From NCBI GenBank assembly GCA_002269645.1, contig NIVC01001997.1, positions 19,143-83,142 of the forward strand: a stretch of 64,000 nucleotides of DNA, in the 5' to 3' direction. Below the pieces are notes generated by a model, which was not told the origin of the DNA, did no database searches, and saw only the letters and a list, made by a program, of their open reading frames with translations. Every line of letters starts with the position of its first letter. Positions within the stretch are counted from its first letter, which is position 1. Positions 23,443 to 35,281 of the stretch are shown here, piece by piece. The position numbers were made by a program, and so were the translations under genes. Source of the DNA: Macrostomum lignano (lineage: Eukaryota).

Positions 23443-26400
23443 ATGAATTTGAAGCTTCATTTTGTCCTTGTCTACTTATTCATTTCAACTGCAGCTCTTT
23501 ATACTTGTCTTGCTATTGCTGGTATGTGACTTAACCGTAATTTTTTTCTACTTATTAACTTATATTATTATTTTGGATTTTTGTCTAAAATTAATTTTTT
23601 ATTTAGTAAAAAGGCCTAGGCCTAATCTTAAACTGTTAAAGTTAAAAAGTTCAGTTAGTTAGGTAGGCCTAGGCCTAGGCCTAACTAGTATCTACTAGGC
23701 CCAGGGCCTAGCTTGATTATTTTAATTTATTTGTTGCATTAGGCCTAGGCCTATAAAAAACTTTACATTATTCATTGTCATTGAAAAAACCTTAAAAATA
23801 TTTGAGTTGAGCAATTATTGTATAAAACTAGAGTCTAATGGAATAAATTACCTTTTAGTAGTTCTAGGTTTCACTTAGAGTAGGGCAATGGGTCTATCTA
23901 ATAAAAGGCTTATGCATTTTTGAATATAGGCCCATTCTAGCATTTAGACCTAGGCTAATTTATAGGCTAATCTTTTTTATTAGCTTTAAATTAGGCTGTT
24001 TTTTATATAGGCCCTAATAAAAAGTAATTTCACAATGGGCCTTATATACAACAATATACAATAAAGAGAGCCAGAGCAAAAATAGCATAAATTTGTTCAA
24101 AGGAAAATAAAAAACTAATAGATATTTTTGCAAACAATATAACAATATCAATGCTAAGCCTATAGTTATCTAAAACTTATTTAAAAAAACTATGCCTACT
24201 TTTAATAGGTTTTGCAAATTTTAAATTATCATACAGTTATTTTAAAAAATAGAAAATTTTTAAAGCAATATTTGAGAATTTTAAGTGCCTTTTTGGAAGT
24301 TATAGTCAATATATTGCCTTGGCATTCATTGGCATTGTTCCAATTATTTTTGCTAAGTATTTGTAGGCTGTAGCCATATACTATACAATGATCTTTGTTG
24401 TAGACATAGGTTTATAACAATTAATATTTACAATGGCTATAATGATAACTTGTATAAAACAAGTAAGGCTAATGTACAATAGAAGTTTCTGTTGTGTACC
24501 TTTCTTTTCACAGATTGGATTGTATCTAATTCAAATTTGCAATTGGTTATTATTAACAATTTCTAGGGTACCTTTTAAAATACTATTACTTGACATAGAC
24601 CACCATTGCCATTCCTTCAACATTGCAAAAAGTAGAGTCCTAAGACCTTTGCTATAGATTGCTCTATACACAACTTCTTGGGGCCTTCTGAACCTTGTGG
24701 CAACCACTACTTAGATTGGAACTTACTTAGACTTAGGGTCATATTAAGGTTAGGGTCATATTTTATGACCTTAGTTGACCCTAAAACTTAGGGTCATATT
24801 TTATTCCCAATCACTAGGTGCTAGTAAATTTTTTCCAAATTGCATCCAAGCAGTTTAGCAGGTTGATAACATACTCAGTGTATTGAACCTAGTGTTTAGG
24901 CCAAAATACTCATAAGATCTAATAGACACTTGCTTGCTTAGACCAAGATTATCTATTATGGAGCATTGCAATGAGAGATGCCTACTTTGTCAACAATCTT
25001 GTTTATCATTTTCCAATCCTACTCAATTGCCTATAAAATAGCAGCCATGTTTTCCTTTATGAACAATGTTATAGATCTGCTAGACTGCTAGGCATTTTCT
25101 ATAGACTCTTGGCCCTCCCTGAAGGCCTAAATCTAACACTAATGGGCCAATCCAGTATAGCAATGTCCCCATAGACCTTCAAAGCCTCACTAATACAGGC
25201 TAACTTCTAGCCAAGTTTTACAAGAAACTTCATGTTAGTACTTCAGTTTTTGGATTTTTCCATTGCTAAAAGTGTATACTATGATTAGAGTATAACCATG
25301 GAGATATCAATTACTTTCAAAGAACCAAAACTCGATCAAATAAAAAAATAAAACTGTTTTTAATGAAACTAGTTGCAGTTCAATATGTTTTATAGTTTAG
25401 GCATTATAACAAAGATTATTACTTTTTGAATGACCTTTGTATATTAGTATATCATAGTTTCATGGAAAACTATCATATTGGCTAGGTAAAATTCAGGTTA
25501 CAAATATATATATCAAAGCTATATATAGTCAAGCTATTGTTTATTTCTTATTGATTAATATGTTTAAAGTAAGAAAAAAACAATAACTTGCATGTCTAAG
25601 ATAGTTATATTTCCCTCTAAGCTTTTTATATCTCAACTACTATATCCTTATGAGCTATGGTATCTTAACAACTCTCCTATTGACTTAAGATAAACCAATA
25701 GCTTTGTACAGACACTTAAGCCTTCTTGCCTTCTGTAATAACCTTCCATAACTTTAATAAAGAAGATGGAATGATTTAAAGAAGTTTATATTACATAATT
25801 TAATTTTTAGACTCATTACCTACTTAAAAGTAGTAGAATAAAATGTTCCAACTAATAGTAACTGCAATCAATTAAATTGAGTTATAATGAACAGATGCCT
25901 TATCTAGCTACTATACAATGTATTTGTGCTTTAACAAAGGTAACACATCAGTCAAGCTGGTCTGGAATCGTCTTGTCAAAGTGAGCCTGGATTCTGATGG
26001 CCAAGTTTTGACCATAGACAGTCCATTGGGTGTGCCCAGCGACACAGCCTTCCTATTGCTGCAGGGCCACCAACTACCAACCTTATCCTACAATGCTAAT
26101 CAACTGTTGCAATTGTCAACTCTGTTGGAGTTTAATCGGTCTGACTCTGTTACTAAGGGGTATCATATTGGCTTGGTTACTATGGAAACTAGCCTGCCAC
26201 GTTGGTACGCTAGACTGGTTAATGATGAACAGCTAAATAACAGTGGTAGTACAAAACCAAGCTATGCTTGGTTACTGATTGTTGCAAAGGCCTGGGACGA
26301 ACCGTTGCCAGGCGGTTGCTGTACAAATCGATCGCTGCCTTGGTCGGCCTGCAACTCAATTGGGCCAGCTGTTAATCTGTCCCGTCCCGCGGCTTCTTGC

Positions 26401-29400
26401 CCAATTTGGCAGCTTGACTTTCACCCGGCAGCTGGTCTGAAAACTAACAAGCCAAATTTAAGACTTTGTCACTCGAAGTCTAAAACTTTGGATAGCAGCG
26501 GCCATCGGTTGAAGCGTTTTAAACTGCGCTACCGATTGTACGTAGCCGAAGTGACACACGGCGATTGGCCAGCCGCTTTGCGACTAATGTCCACAGCTCA
26601 GGATGCTGTAGCCTATGGCCACTTGATTGGAGTTATTAGCAATTCAGCATCTGTTAATAGCGACAATTGCTGCCGGTTCACTGTTGGCTCCAGAGATAAT
26701 ATTAACCTAATAGCGACTGTGGTTGCTGAGCGAGTGGACACGTCCCAGTTCAGTGCATATGCACCCGTGCTCATAACGATTAATGAAAATAATGAAGGGT
26801 TTGCCGGTTCCGCCTGTCTCTGTTTTGGTAATTGCGATTTATTAAACTCTGTGAAATTATCTTGATAGTTCTTTTAACACTCGTAAGCGTACTGATGGAA
26901 GTCGAAAGTCACTCCTGTGTGTATCGTTAAAAATTACACTTTAAATTATAGAAATACAATCCTCACTGAACCATTAGGAAACACCTCATAAAACAGCTGT
27001 GAGAATCGCCCTAAGCCAGCTTTGAGAGTCGTCCCTAAGCCAGCTTGAGATAGGTCCTTAACTTTGGATACAACGTGCCATCCATAATTAAACCTTTAAA
27101 CCTTCAACAGATTTCGAGTGTCGAACTGTCTCAATTTTGGCTGCTCTCGTTGGCCTATTTCTTTGCACCACTGGCTTTAGATTTTTTGCGGCTAGTAAGT
27201 AAAGCTTATTCGTCATTAAATGTAGTCTTTGTAGTGTAGTATTTAAGTAATACTTGGATTTTCTTACTATCAGATAGATCAGGATTCGGGATAAGAATCC
27301 TCAGATTGGGGATCAGGATTCGGGATAAGAATCCTCAGATTGGGGATCAGGATTCGGGATAAGAATCCTCAGATTGGGGATCAGGATTCGAGATAACAGT
27401 TTTCAGATTGGGGATCAGGATTCGGGATAACAGTTCTCAGATTAAGGATCAGGATTCGGGATAAGAATCCTCAGATTGGGGATCAGGATTCGAGATAACA
27501 GTTCTCAGATTGGGGATCAGGATTCGGGATAACAGTTCTCAGATTAAGGATCAGGATTCGGGATAAGAATCCTCAGATTGGGGATCAGGATTCGGGATAA
27601 GAATCCTCAGATTGGGGATCAGGATTCGAGATAAAAAATCCTCAGATTGGGGATCAGGATTCAGGATAACAGTCCTTAAATTGGGGATCAGGATTCAGTT
27701 AGAAGATTCTGAAGCACAATATCCCACCTCCATTGCACCAGGCGTATTCCTATGCGGTTTCATCAATGGCTCGCTGGTCTTTCTGCCCGTAACACTGAGG
27801 CAGACAGCCGCCCAGCTGTCCATGGTTGCCAGCCTGCTGCTAGGATGCCTAGCCCCTGGTCTAATATTCGGCGGCATAGCCTTGGTTATTTGGCTTCGAA
27901 AACGTTGGAATTGGATGGCCTATTTGATTTTGCACCTGCCTTGTTGCTACGCGTTAGCTAGCCTGCTTTTTGCCACTCCGTTTGGCCAGCTGTGGTGGCT
28001 CACTGGCCACGAGGCCGCTTTTCTTGGGGCTCTTGGCGCTGCTGTGCTTCTCTGCCTGCTGCTTCTGCTGCTGTTTAGTAGCTCGGTGAGTCTTGAGGGA
28101 TCTGGGAGGCTGGCCCAGCAACTGAGGATCCGAGAGGCTGGCCCGGCAACTGAGGATCTGGGAGGCTGGGCCAGCAACTGAAGGTCTGGGAGGCTGGCCC
28201 AGCAACTGAGGATCTGAGAGGCTGACCCAGCAGCTGACACTCTGGGAGGCTCGCCCAGCAACAGGGGATCTGGAAGGCTGGCCCAGCAACTGACAATCTG
28301 GGAGGCTGGCCCAGCAACTGAGGATCTGGGAGGCTGGCCTAGCAACTGAGAATCTGGGAGGCTCGCCCAGCAACTGAGGATCTGGGAGGCTGGTAGCCCA
28401 GCAACTAAGGATCTGGGATGCTGGCCCAGCAATGGAGGATCTGGGACTGGGAGGCTGGCCCAGCAACTGAGGATCTGGGAGGCTGGCCCAGCAACTGAGG
28501 ATATGGGAGGCTGCCCCAGCAGCTGACAATCTGGGAGGCTGGCCCAGCAACTGAGGATATGGGAGGCTGGCCCAGCGACTGAGGATCTGGGAGGATGGCC
28601 CAGCAACTGGGGAGCTGAAAGGCTGGCCCAGAAACTAAAGAACTGGCCCTGGCTTTGTCTATGGCCAAAACTGAGGGATCCGAATTCGCACTCAATTTGC
28701 CAACAGAAATTAAGCTAGAACAGGACCTCGCCTTTGCCTGAGTCTCTCTTACATCCTTGAACCGTTTCAGGGCGCCATTTTCTCCCTGTCATTTGTTGGC
28801 GCATTCATGCTGACGGCCGTCCTAACAGCCAATCTTCCCGTGTCGTCGATTTTTCCCTACTTGTTCCTGGATTTGTTCCGCCGGACGGCTACGGAAAACT
28901 ACAACGGGGCGCTGCTGTATTACGAGTTTCGCAGAGTGGCTGGTTAGTTAAAATAGCTGTTTCTTAAACTGCTTAAGCTTATACGGATGGGAGATTTTTG
29001 GGATGCTCCGCCTTTATGATTCTTGATCTATCTCCCCACCTAGGATTCCTACCTTTCGGGATTCCCACCTTTTGGGACTCCCACCTCTTCGGATTCCCCA
29101 CCGAAGAGTAATTCCCCGGATTCCCCACCTCTTCGGATTCCCCACCTCTTCGAATTCCCCACCTTTCCGGATTACCCACCTCTTCGGATTCCCCACCTCT
29201 TCGGATTCCCCACCTCTTCGAATTCTCCGCCTTTCCGGATTCCGATCTCTTACAATTCCCTACCTTTTGTGATTCCTACCTATTTCCTATTTCCTACCTA
29301 TTCGGATTCTCTACCTATTTGACTTTCCAACCTCTTCGGATCCCCGCCATTTGGATTCCCCTTCTTTTAAGATTCCTCACCTCCTCGGGTACCCCAGCCC

Positions 29401-29881
29401 TAGAATTATTCCTCTGTCAATCATGATAAAAGAGAAATTTAGACATTAGTTAAATGTTGAATTTCTAGAATCCCATATTTAGTTAACAGAATCTCTGGTG
29501 TTAGGATAAGGGAGACAGTAAAGCTTAGTTGTTAATTCGTGCTACTAAAGTAGCTAAATAATGAATCGTGAGTAAAAAATATCCGCAGACCTGGCAGCTC
29601 TAATTGGTTGGCCAATTGTCACCGCAGTCTGCTGTCTACTACAGTATCGCTGCAATCGTAAGCTAGGCCTGGACCCCGGTAGTAGAGGCAATATCGAACC
29701 AGGATTCGAACCGACTCTGCCGTTGCCGCCTCCACCGCCAACCTCATCATTGGCTGCTGCTGCTGGTGCTGGTGACGGTGATGAGCGGCGTACCCGACAG
29801 AGGCTGTTAAATGTGTCTTTTATCGGCGATGGTGTCTTCAGGGACGGTGCTGGCGACAGAGCACCCCTAATCAGACAGTAG
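23443..29881 (+). CDS. TM7SF3: Transmembrane 7 superfamily member 3 homolog, 619 aa, 6 exons
   Basis: join(23443..23521, 25940..26827, 27111..27194, 27742..28085, 28771..28942, 29589..29881) = 1,860 nt, all GT-AG and in phase. Signal peptide MNLKLHFVLVYLFISTAALYTCLAIA, lumenal EPLPGGC and SAYAP motifs, 7 TM segments incl. LLFATPFGQL, C-terminal DRAPLI (cf. ERTPLL). Confidence 0.85.
27270..27700. repeat. 34-bp minisatellite in TM7SF3 intron 3 (CAGATTGGGGATCAGGATTCGGGATAAGAATCCT)
   Basis: About 12 tandem units. Confidence 0.93.
28095..28680. repeat. 28-bp minisatellite in TM7SF3 intron 4 (CTGGGAGGCTGGCCCAGCAACTGAGGAT)
   Basis: About 20 units beginning right after the GTGAGT donor. Confidence 0.93.
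29040..29400. repeat. 17-bp minisatellite in TM7SF3 intron 5 (CGGATTCCCCACCTCTT)
   Basis: Degenerate tandem units. Confidence 0.88.
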
Positions 29882-30231
29882 TACCTGTATATTCAATATG
29901 ACTGCTTTGTCTATCTAATAGAGTTTTTTAAGATCTCATATTTTTCTTATGCATATTTTATTTTGTTTATTGGTATTTATTAAAAACGTTTTTATGCAGA
30001 CTTATTTTGTGTTATTCTTCTGCTTTCTAAAATATTCTCTATTTTTTTCCTCCAAGTTAAAAGTTTTGTTTTGAAATTTTATTTTATTTTTAAATCGGTC
30101 ACTTAAGTTTGTATTGTTAAAATGCAACGAAATATAAGATTATATATATTCTATTGCTAAAAAGAAAATCTTGATTCCTTTTCTTGTGCTCTTTCACTGT
30201 ACAAACATTTTTGTTGCGTTGGGTCTTTAGT

Positions 30232-32172
30232 CTCAGTCCTTCAGTTGATGTCATTACAGACACTCCAGTCCTTCAGTTGATGTCATTACAGACACTCCAG
30301 TCCTTCAGCTGCTGTCATTACAGACACTCCAGTCCTTCAGTTGATGTCATTACAGACACTCCAGTCCTTCAGTTGATGTCATTACAGACACTCCAGTCCT
30401 TCAGTTGCTGTCATTACAGACACTCCAGTCCTTCAGTTGATGTCATTACAGACACCACAGTCCTTCAGCTGTCACTACAGACACCACAGTCCTTCAGCTG
30501 TCATTACAGATACTCTAGTCCTTCAGCTGTCATTACAGATACTCTAGTCCTTCAGCTGTCACTACAGACACTCTAGTCCTTCAGCTGCTGTCACTACAGA
30601 CACCACAGTCCTTCAGCTGTCACTACAGACACTACAGTCCTTCAGCTGTCATTACAGACACTACAGTCCTTCAGCTGTCATTACAGACACTACAGTCCTT
30701 CAGCTGTCATTACAGACACTACAGTCTTTCAGCTGTCACTACAGACACTACAGTCCTTCAGCTGCTGTCATTACAGACACTCTAGTCCTTCAGCAGCTGT
30801 CACTACAGACACTACAGTCCTTCAGCTGCTGTCATTACAGACACTCTAGTCCTTCAGCTGCTGTCATTACAGACACTCTAGTCCTTCAGCTGCTGTCATT
30901 ACAGACACTCTAGTCCTTCAGCTGCTGTCATTACAGACACTACAGTCCTTCAGCTGCTGTCATTACAGACACTACAGTCCTTCAGCTGTCACTACAGACA
31001 CTCCAGTCCTTCAGTTGCTGTCATTACAGACACTCCAGTCCTTCAGCTGTCATTACAGACACTCCAGTCCTTCAGCTGTCATTACAGACACTCCAGTCCT
31101 TCAGCTGTCACTACAGACACTCCAGTCCTTCAGCTGTCATTACAGACACTACAGTCCTTCAGCTGTCACTACAGACACTACAGTCCTTCAGCTGTCACTA
31201 CAGACACTCCAGTCCTTCAGCTGTCATTACAGACACTCCAGTCCTTCAGCTGTCATTACAGACACTCCAGTCCTTCAGCTGTCACTACAGACACTCCAGT
31301 CCTTCAGCTGTCATTACAGACACCACAGTCCTTCAGCTGTCACTACAGACACCACAGTCCTTCAGCTGTCATTACAGATACTCTAGTCCTTCAGCTGTCA
31401 TTACAGATACTCTAGTCCTTCAGCTGTCACTACAGACACTCTAGTCCTTCAGCTGCTGTCACTACAGACACCACAGTCCTTCAGCTGTCACTACAGACAC
31501 TACAGTCCTTCAGCTGTCATTACAGACACTACAGTCCTTCAGCTGCTGTCATTACAGACACTCTAGTCCTTCAGCAGCTGTCACTACAGACACTACAGTC
31601 CTTCAGCTGCTGTCATTACAGACACTCTAGTCCTTCAGCTGCTGTCATTACAGACACTACAATCCTTCAGCTGCTGTCATTACAGACACTACAGTCCTTC
31701 AGCTGTCACTACAGACACTCCAGTCCTTCAGTTGCTGTCATTACAGACACTCCAGTCTTTCAGCTGTCATTACAGACACTCCAGTCCTTCAGCTGTCATT
31801 ACAGACACTCCAGTCCTTCAGCTGTCACTACAGACACTCCAGTCCTTCAGCTGTCATTACAGACACCACAGTCCTTCAGCTGTCATTACAGACACCACAG
31901 TCCTTCAGCTGTCATTACAGACACTCCAGCCCTTCAGTTGCTGTCATTACAGACACTCCAGCCCTTCAGCTGTCACTACAGACACTCCAGTCCTTCAGTT
32001 GCTGTCATTACAGACACTCCAGTCCTTCAGCTGTCATTACAGACACTCCAGTCCTTCAGCTGTCATTACAGACACTCCAGTCCTTCAGCTGTCATTTCAG
32101 ACACTCCAGCCCTTCAGCTGTCACTACAGACACTACAGTCCTTCAGCTGTCATTTCAGACACTCCAGTCCTT
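30232..32172. repeat. 29/32-bp minisatellite (CAGTCCTTCAGCTG[CTG]TCATTACAGACACTC) with ~870-bp higher-order duplication
   Basis: About 65 units; the diagnostic variant ACAGATACTCTAG recurs at ~30506 and ~31374. Confidence 0.96.
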
Positions 32173-32190
32173 CGGCTTATCATCAAGTAG

Positions 32191-32694
32191 CTTCATGCCC
32201 CGAATTGTTTTCTGTCGTTCCACCAGCAGCCCAGTAGCGGTCGCTCAGGCGTGGTGCTATTCTCAACCAGCCTGTCCACCGTGCGGGCCACCTACTCCGA
32301 CTGTTTAGCTGTTCGGCGAATTCTTCACTGTTTGGGCGTTTCATTCGTCGAAAGAAATTTGTGCAACGACAGCGAGGCAAGATCGGTGTGCTCGGGCAGG
32401 CAGGTGCCGCTTGTATGGGTTGAGCAGCTGGGCTGGTTGGGTGGTCGACGGGAGATTGAGCAGCTCAATGAGACTGGAAGATTAAGTCTGCTTCTGTCTG
32501 GGCATATTTGTCTGCAAGATCGGCGGCTAAAATTGATGAGAAGGCATCAACAGAAGCAGTCACAGAGAGTGAACTGGCAGCATAGAAGCCGCTGGTGCAG
32601 AAAATGCAACGGAACCGGTTTTGTGCCCGTGATTGAGAATCTGTGTCGACGGTGTACTTTTTGCGAGGCCACTGGTATTGTAGACTGTTATTAA
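32191..32694 (+). CDS. Glutaredoxin domain-containing cysteine-rich protein (GRXCR-like), terminal exon; 5' part not found
   Basis: VVLFSTSLSTVRATYSDCLAVRRIL...VSFVERNL...VPLVWV...LGGRREIEQLNETGRL then CxxCxGxG...CxxC Cys-rich tail; no ATG in the exon. Confidence 0.8.
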   Translation, partial: LHAPNCFLSFHQQPSSGRSGVVLFSTSLSTVRATYSDCLAVRRILHCLGVSFVERNLCNDSEARSVCSGRQVPLVWVEQLGWLGGRREIEQLNETGRLSLLLSGHICLQDRRLKLMRRHQQKQSQRVNWQHRSRWCRKCNGTGFVPVIENLCRRCTFCEATGIVDCY

Positions 32695-32954
32695 TTGTCG
32701 ACTTTTACAGTCGTACAGCGATAACTGATAAGATGATTTTTCGAATTCTTTGTTGAAGCTTTTGAATTTTTTCTACTTGATTATTTTGCATTTGAACTGT
32801 TTGACTGACATCTCAATTAGATTCTTTTTTTGGCAACAAAATGCCTTCAATAAAGTTTTTGGCGTACTTAGCTCGTAGAGCGCAGTTTTGCAGGAAAACC
32901 TTTATTAAATAGAGGTTTAACTTGTGTTTATCATCGATCGAATAACGCTTATTG

Positions 32955-33125
32955 TGGGAGGCGGATAGAGAGTGGGTTTAGCGGCGGATAGAGGGTGGGT
33001 TTAGCGGCGGATAGAGGGTGGGTTTAGCGGTGGATAGAGGGTGGGTTGAGGGGTGGATAGAGGTTGGGTTGAGGGGCGAATAGAGGGTGGATTGAGGGGC
33101 GGATTGAGGTTGAAATGAGGGGCAT
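32955..33125. repeat. ~24-bp G-rich minisatellite (GGCGGATAGAGGGTGGGTTTAGC)
   Basis: About 7 degenerate units. Confidence 0.85.
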
Positions 33126-33407
33126 AATGGTAAAATAATGACTATATTAAGTAGACGTTACTACAGAACCATTACAATTTTCGGTTTGCAGTTTATAGCT
33201 GTAGTGCACAAAGTCGTTAGTTGTTTTTATTAAAAGCAGTGATTAAATATGATGCGTAATAATTTAACTGCAGAAAGCATATTATACTTAAAGTAGTAGA
33301 GGGATTGTCGTTTTGTAGTTTTTTTCGAATTCTAAAACTCATCGTCCAAAGGAAATCTTGGCCACTACTTGTACATTGTACATGTTGTTTAAAAAATTGT
33401 CGGCTTC

Positions 33408-34565
33408 TCACTGTACTAGCATCTCAAACTCCATCATCGAGTAGTGCGTCCCAAATGGATGTTTCCTTATTATGCCGTTTCTAGCTTGTGTGTTCAGAGC
33501 CTCAGGTGGGTTGTAGTATAAGCCGTTAGGGCTGTACATGTAGGTAGGTGCGTAGCAATATGTAAACCACCAGCCTCCTTTGTAGTCGGAGCTGCAGTGA
33601 TATGAACTTTCATCATTGTCAGAATCTAAGGTGCTGAACATGGCTCCATTGTGCGAAACAAAATTGTCATACATGACAGGATCGCTGCCATGGAAACCGG
33701 AGACATTCAAACGGAACTTGTCGGCCTCGCTAGCCACGGAGAAGCTGGAGTAGTCGGCCCAGAACTCCGTGCCATTCCACAGCCTCATTCGCATGCGAAG
33801 TGCTCGACCAGACGGCCAGGTCAGAGAGTGCACAGCTCGCAGACCTGCAGTTGTCAAGCACAGCTCAATGCTGAGCAGCTCACAGCCACAGGAGGCCAGC
33901 GCTATCAAAAAGTGCATCAATACTGTCATGACCGCACTGCACTGCACTCACCGAGCCAGTGGTTCGTGTGGGCTCCCTCTCCGAAGCCGGCTGCGTACTC
34001 GGTCCAGTTGCGATAGAAGTCTGTCGAGTTGTCCACCCGACGCTGGATGCTGATCCAGCACTCGCTGAGTGACGTCACAAACACCTGCAGTGAGGCATTG
34101 AGAGCTGCGGTCAGGCAAGTGCTGTCAGTTACCTGGCTGTCAGGTGAGTCAGTGCACGCTTGCTACTCACCCTGATGCAGCACGGAGACTGGTGAGTGTG
34201 AGGCGTCAGTCTGCGACACACAGCGCCACTTCGGTTTGCTGGAATGCGAATTGAGCTCAGCTGGGTGAGCAGCTTCATCAGGTTTAAGGCATCGAGCATG
34301 CAGCCAGGACTCACTCACCCACGATGCACTGGGGCTGCTGAGCACCGTCTCGAGGGATGAAGACCAGCAGCTGGTGAGCGAGCAGGTGCTTGGCAGCCTG
34401 TGCAGCGCACTGCAGCACATCGCTGGCTTGGTTGATGGAGGAGACGAAGAAGTGGCGGATTTGACCGCCCGACCAGCTGCTGCTGTGCACCTCGAAGAGC
34501 TCAGCTCTGTTTTTAGCTACCGCAACTGGGATCATCACGGTTAGAAACAGCTTTGTAATGATCAT
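33408..34565 (-). CDS. Secreted fibrinogen-related (FReD) protein, 308 aa, 4 exons
   Basis: complement(join(34565..34319, 34260..34171, 34104..33952, 33844..33408)) = 927 nt, all phase-1 GT-AG introns. Signal peptide, then WISIQRRVDNSTDFYRNWTEYAAGFG, HWLG, HNGAMFSTLDSDND, GGWWF fibrinogen-C motifs. Confidence 0.88.
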
Positions 34566-35281
34566 TTTCACGTTTAGTTGGTAATCAAAATTGTGCGTAT
34601 AATAATATACGAATTCTGCTAAGCTGCTGCTGGCTGCATGAAACTGTTTATATCTGTTTCGATCAGCTCCTCGGATGCTTTCATTTTGAAAGGTCTAGTA
34701 TAGTAGTTAGTATTGAAGAGAAAAAATAGCCATTTGGCTTCAGTTCGTCATCGATCGGCACGCAATGGGACGTAAAGTGTTGTCTCAGTAACAATTGTCA
34801 ATAACTCTTGACTTTCTTTGCTTGAGGTCCTATATGTTGGAGAAACGCATTCTGCTTTCATGCTTGCAGCTCTCGTGGTACCGGAGCGTGGCAAGGAAAA
34901 TTCTCCCGATAGACCTCACTTTTGTTTTCTCATAAGTCTGACAATTGCAAGGTGACTTCATCCCAGACGCCGTGGCGTGGCGGGCATTCGCTGCACGACC
35001 TGACGCTTGTCGCTCATGGCACTGTGTTGATGAAATACAAAAAATATTCTTGGCAACATGGCCGCTACTTGCTTCATGCCTATAGAATTTCTTTTGTTTT
35101 ACGGTATTGATGCACGGCATTGAGGAAACCCTTGACTTGAATTGATCGACAATTGAAATACAGCCCCCAGCTCGGGTTAAGTCCGATGCTGGCCGCAAGC
35201 ATTTCCCGTTGGGCCCCTAAGCCTTTACAGTTTTGTATTGCAAACGACTACAGCTCAAGTCGATGCGGTGTGTACCTTTTC

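Noticed and set aside
24733-24800. Interstitial telomere (TTAGGG)
   Set aside because: Only three isolated hexamers inside a longer 13-bp motif; no tandem run.
29702-29712. tRNA T-loop-like GGTTCGAATCC on the minus strand
   Set aside because: The stem does not pair beyond 2-3 bp, there is no D-arm or acceptor stem, and it lies inside the TM7SF3 last coding exon.
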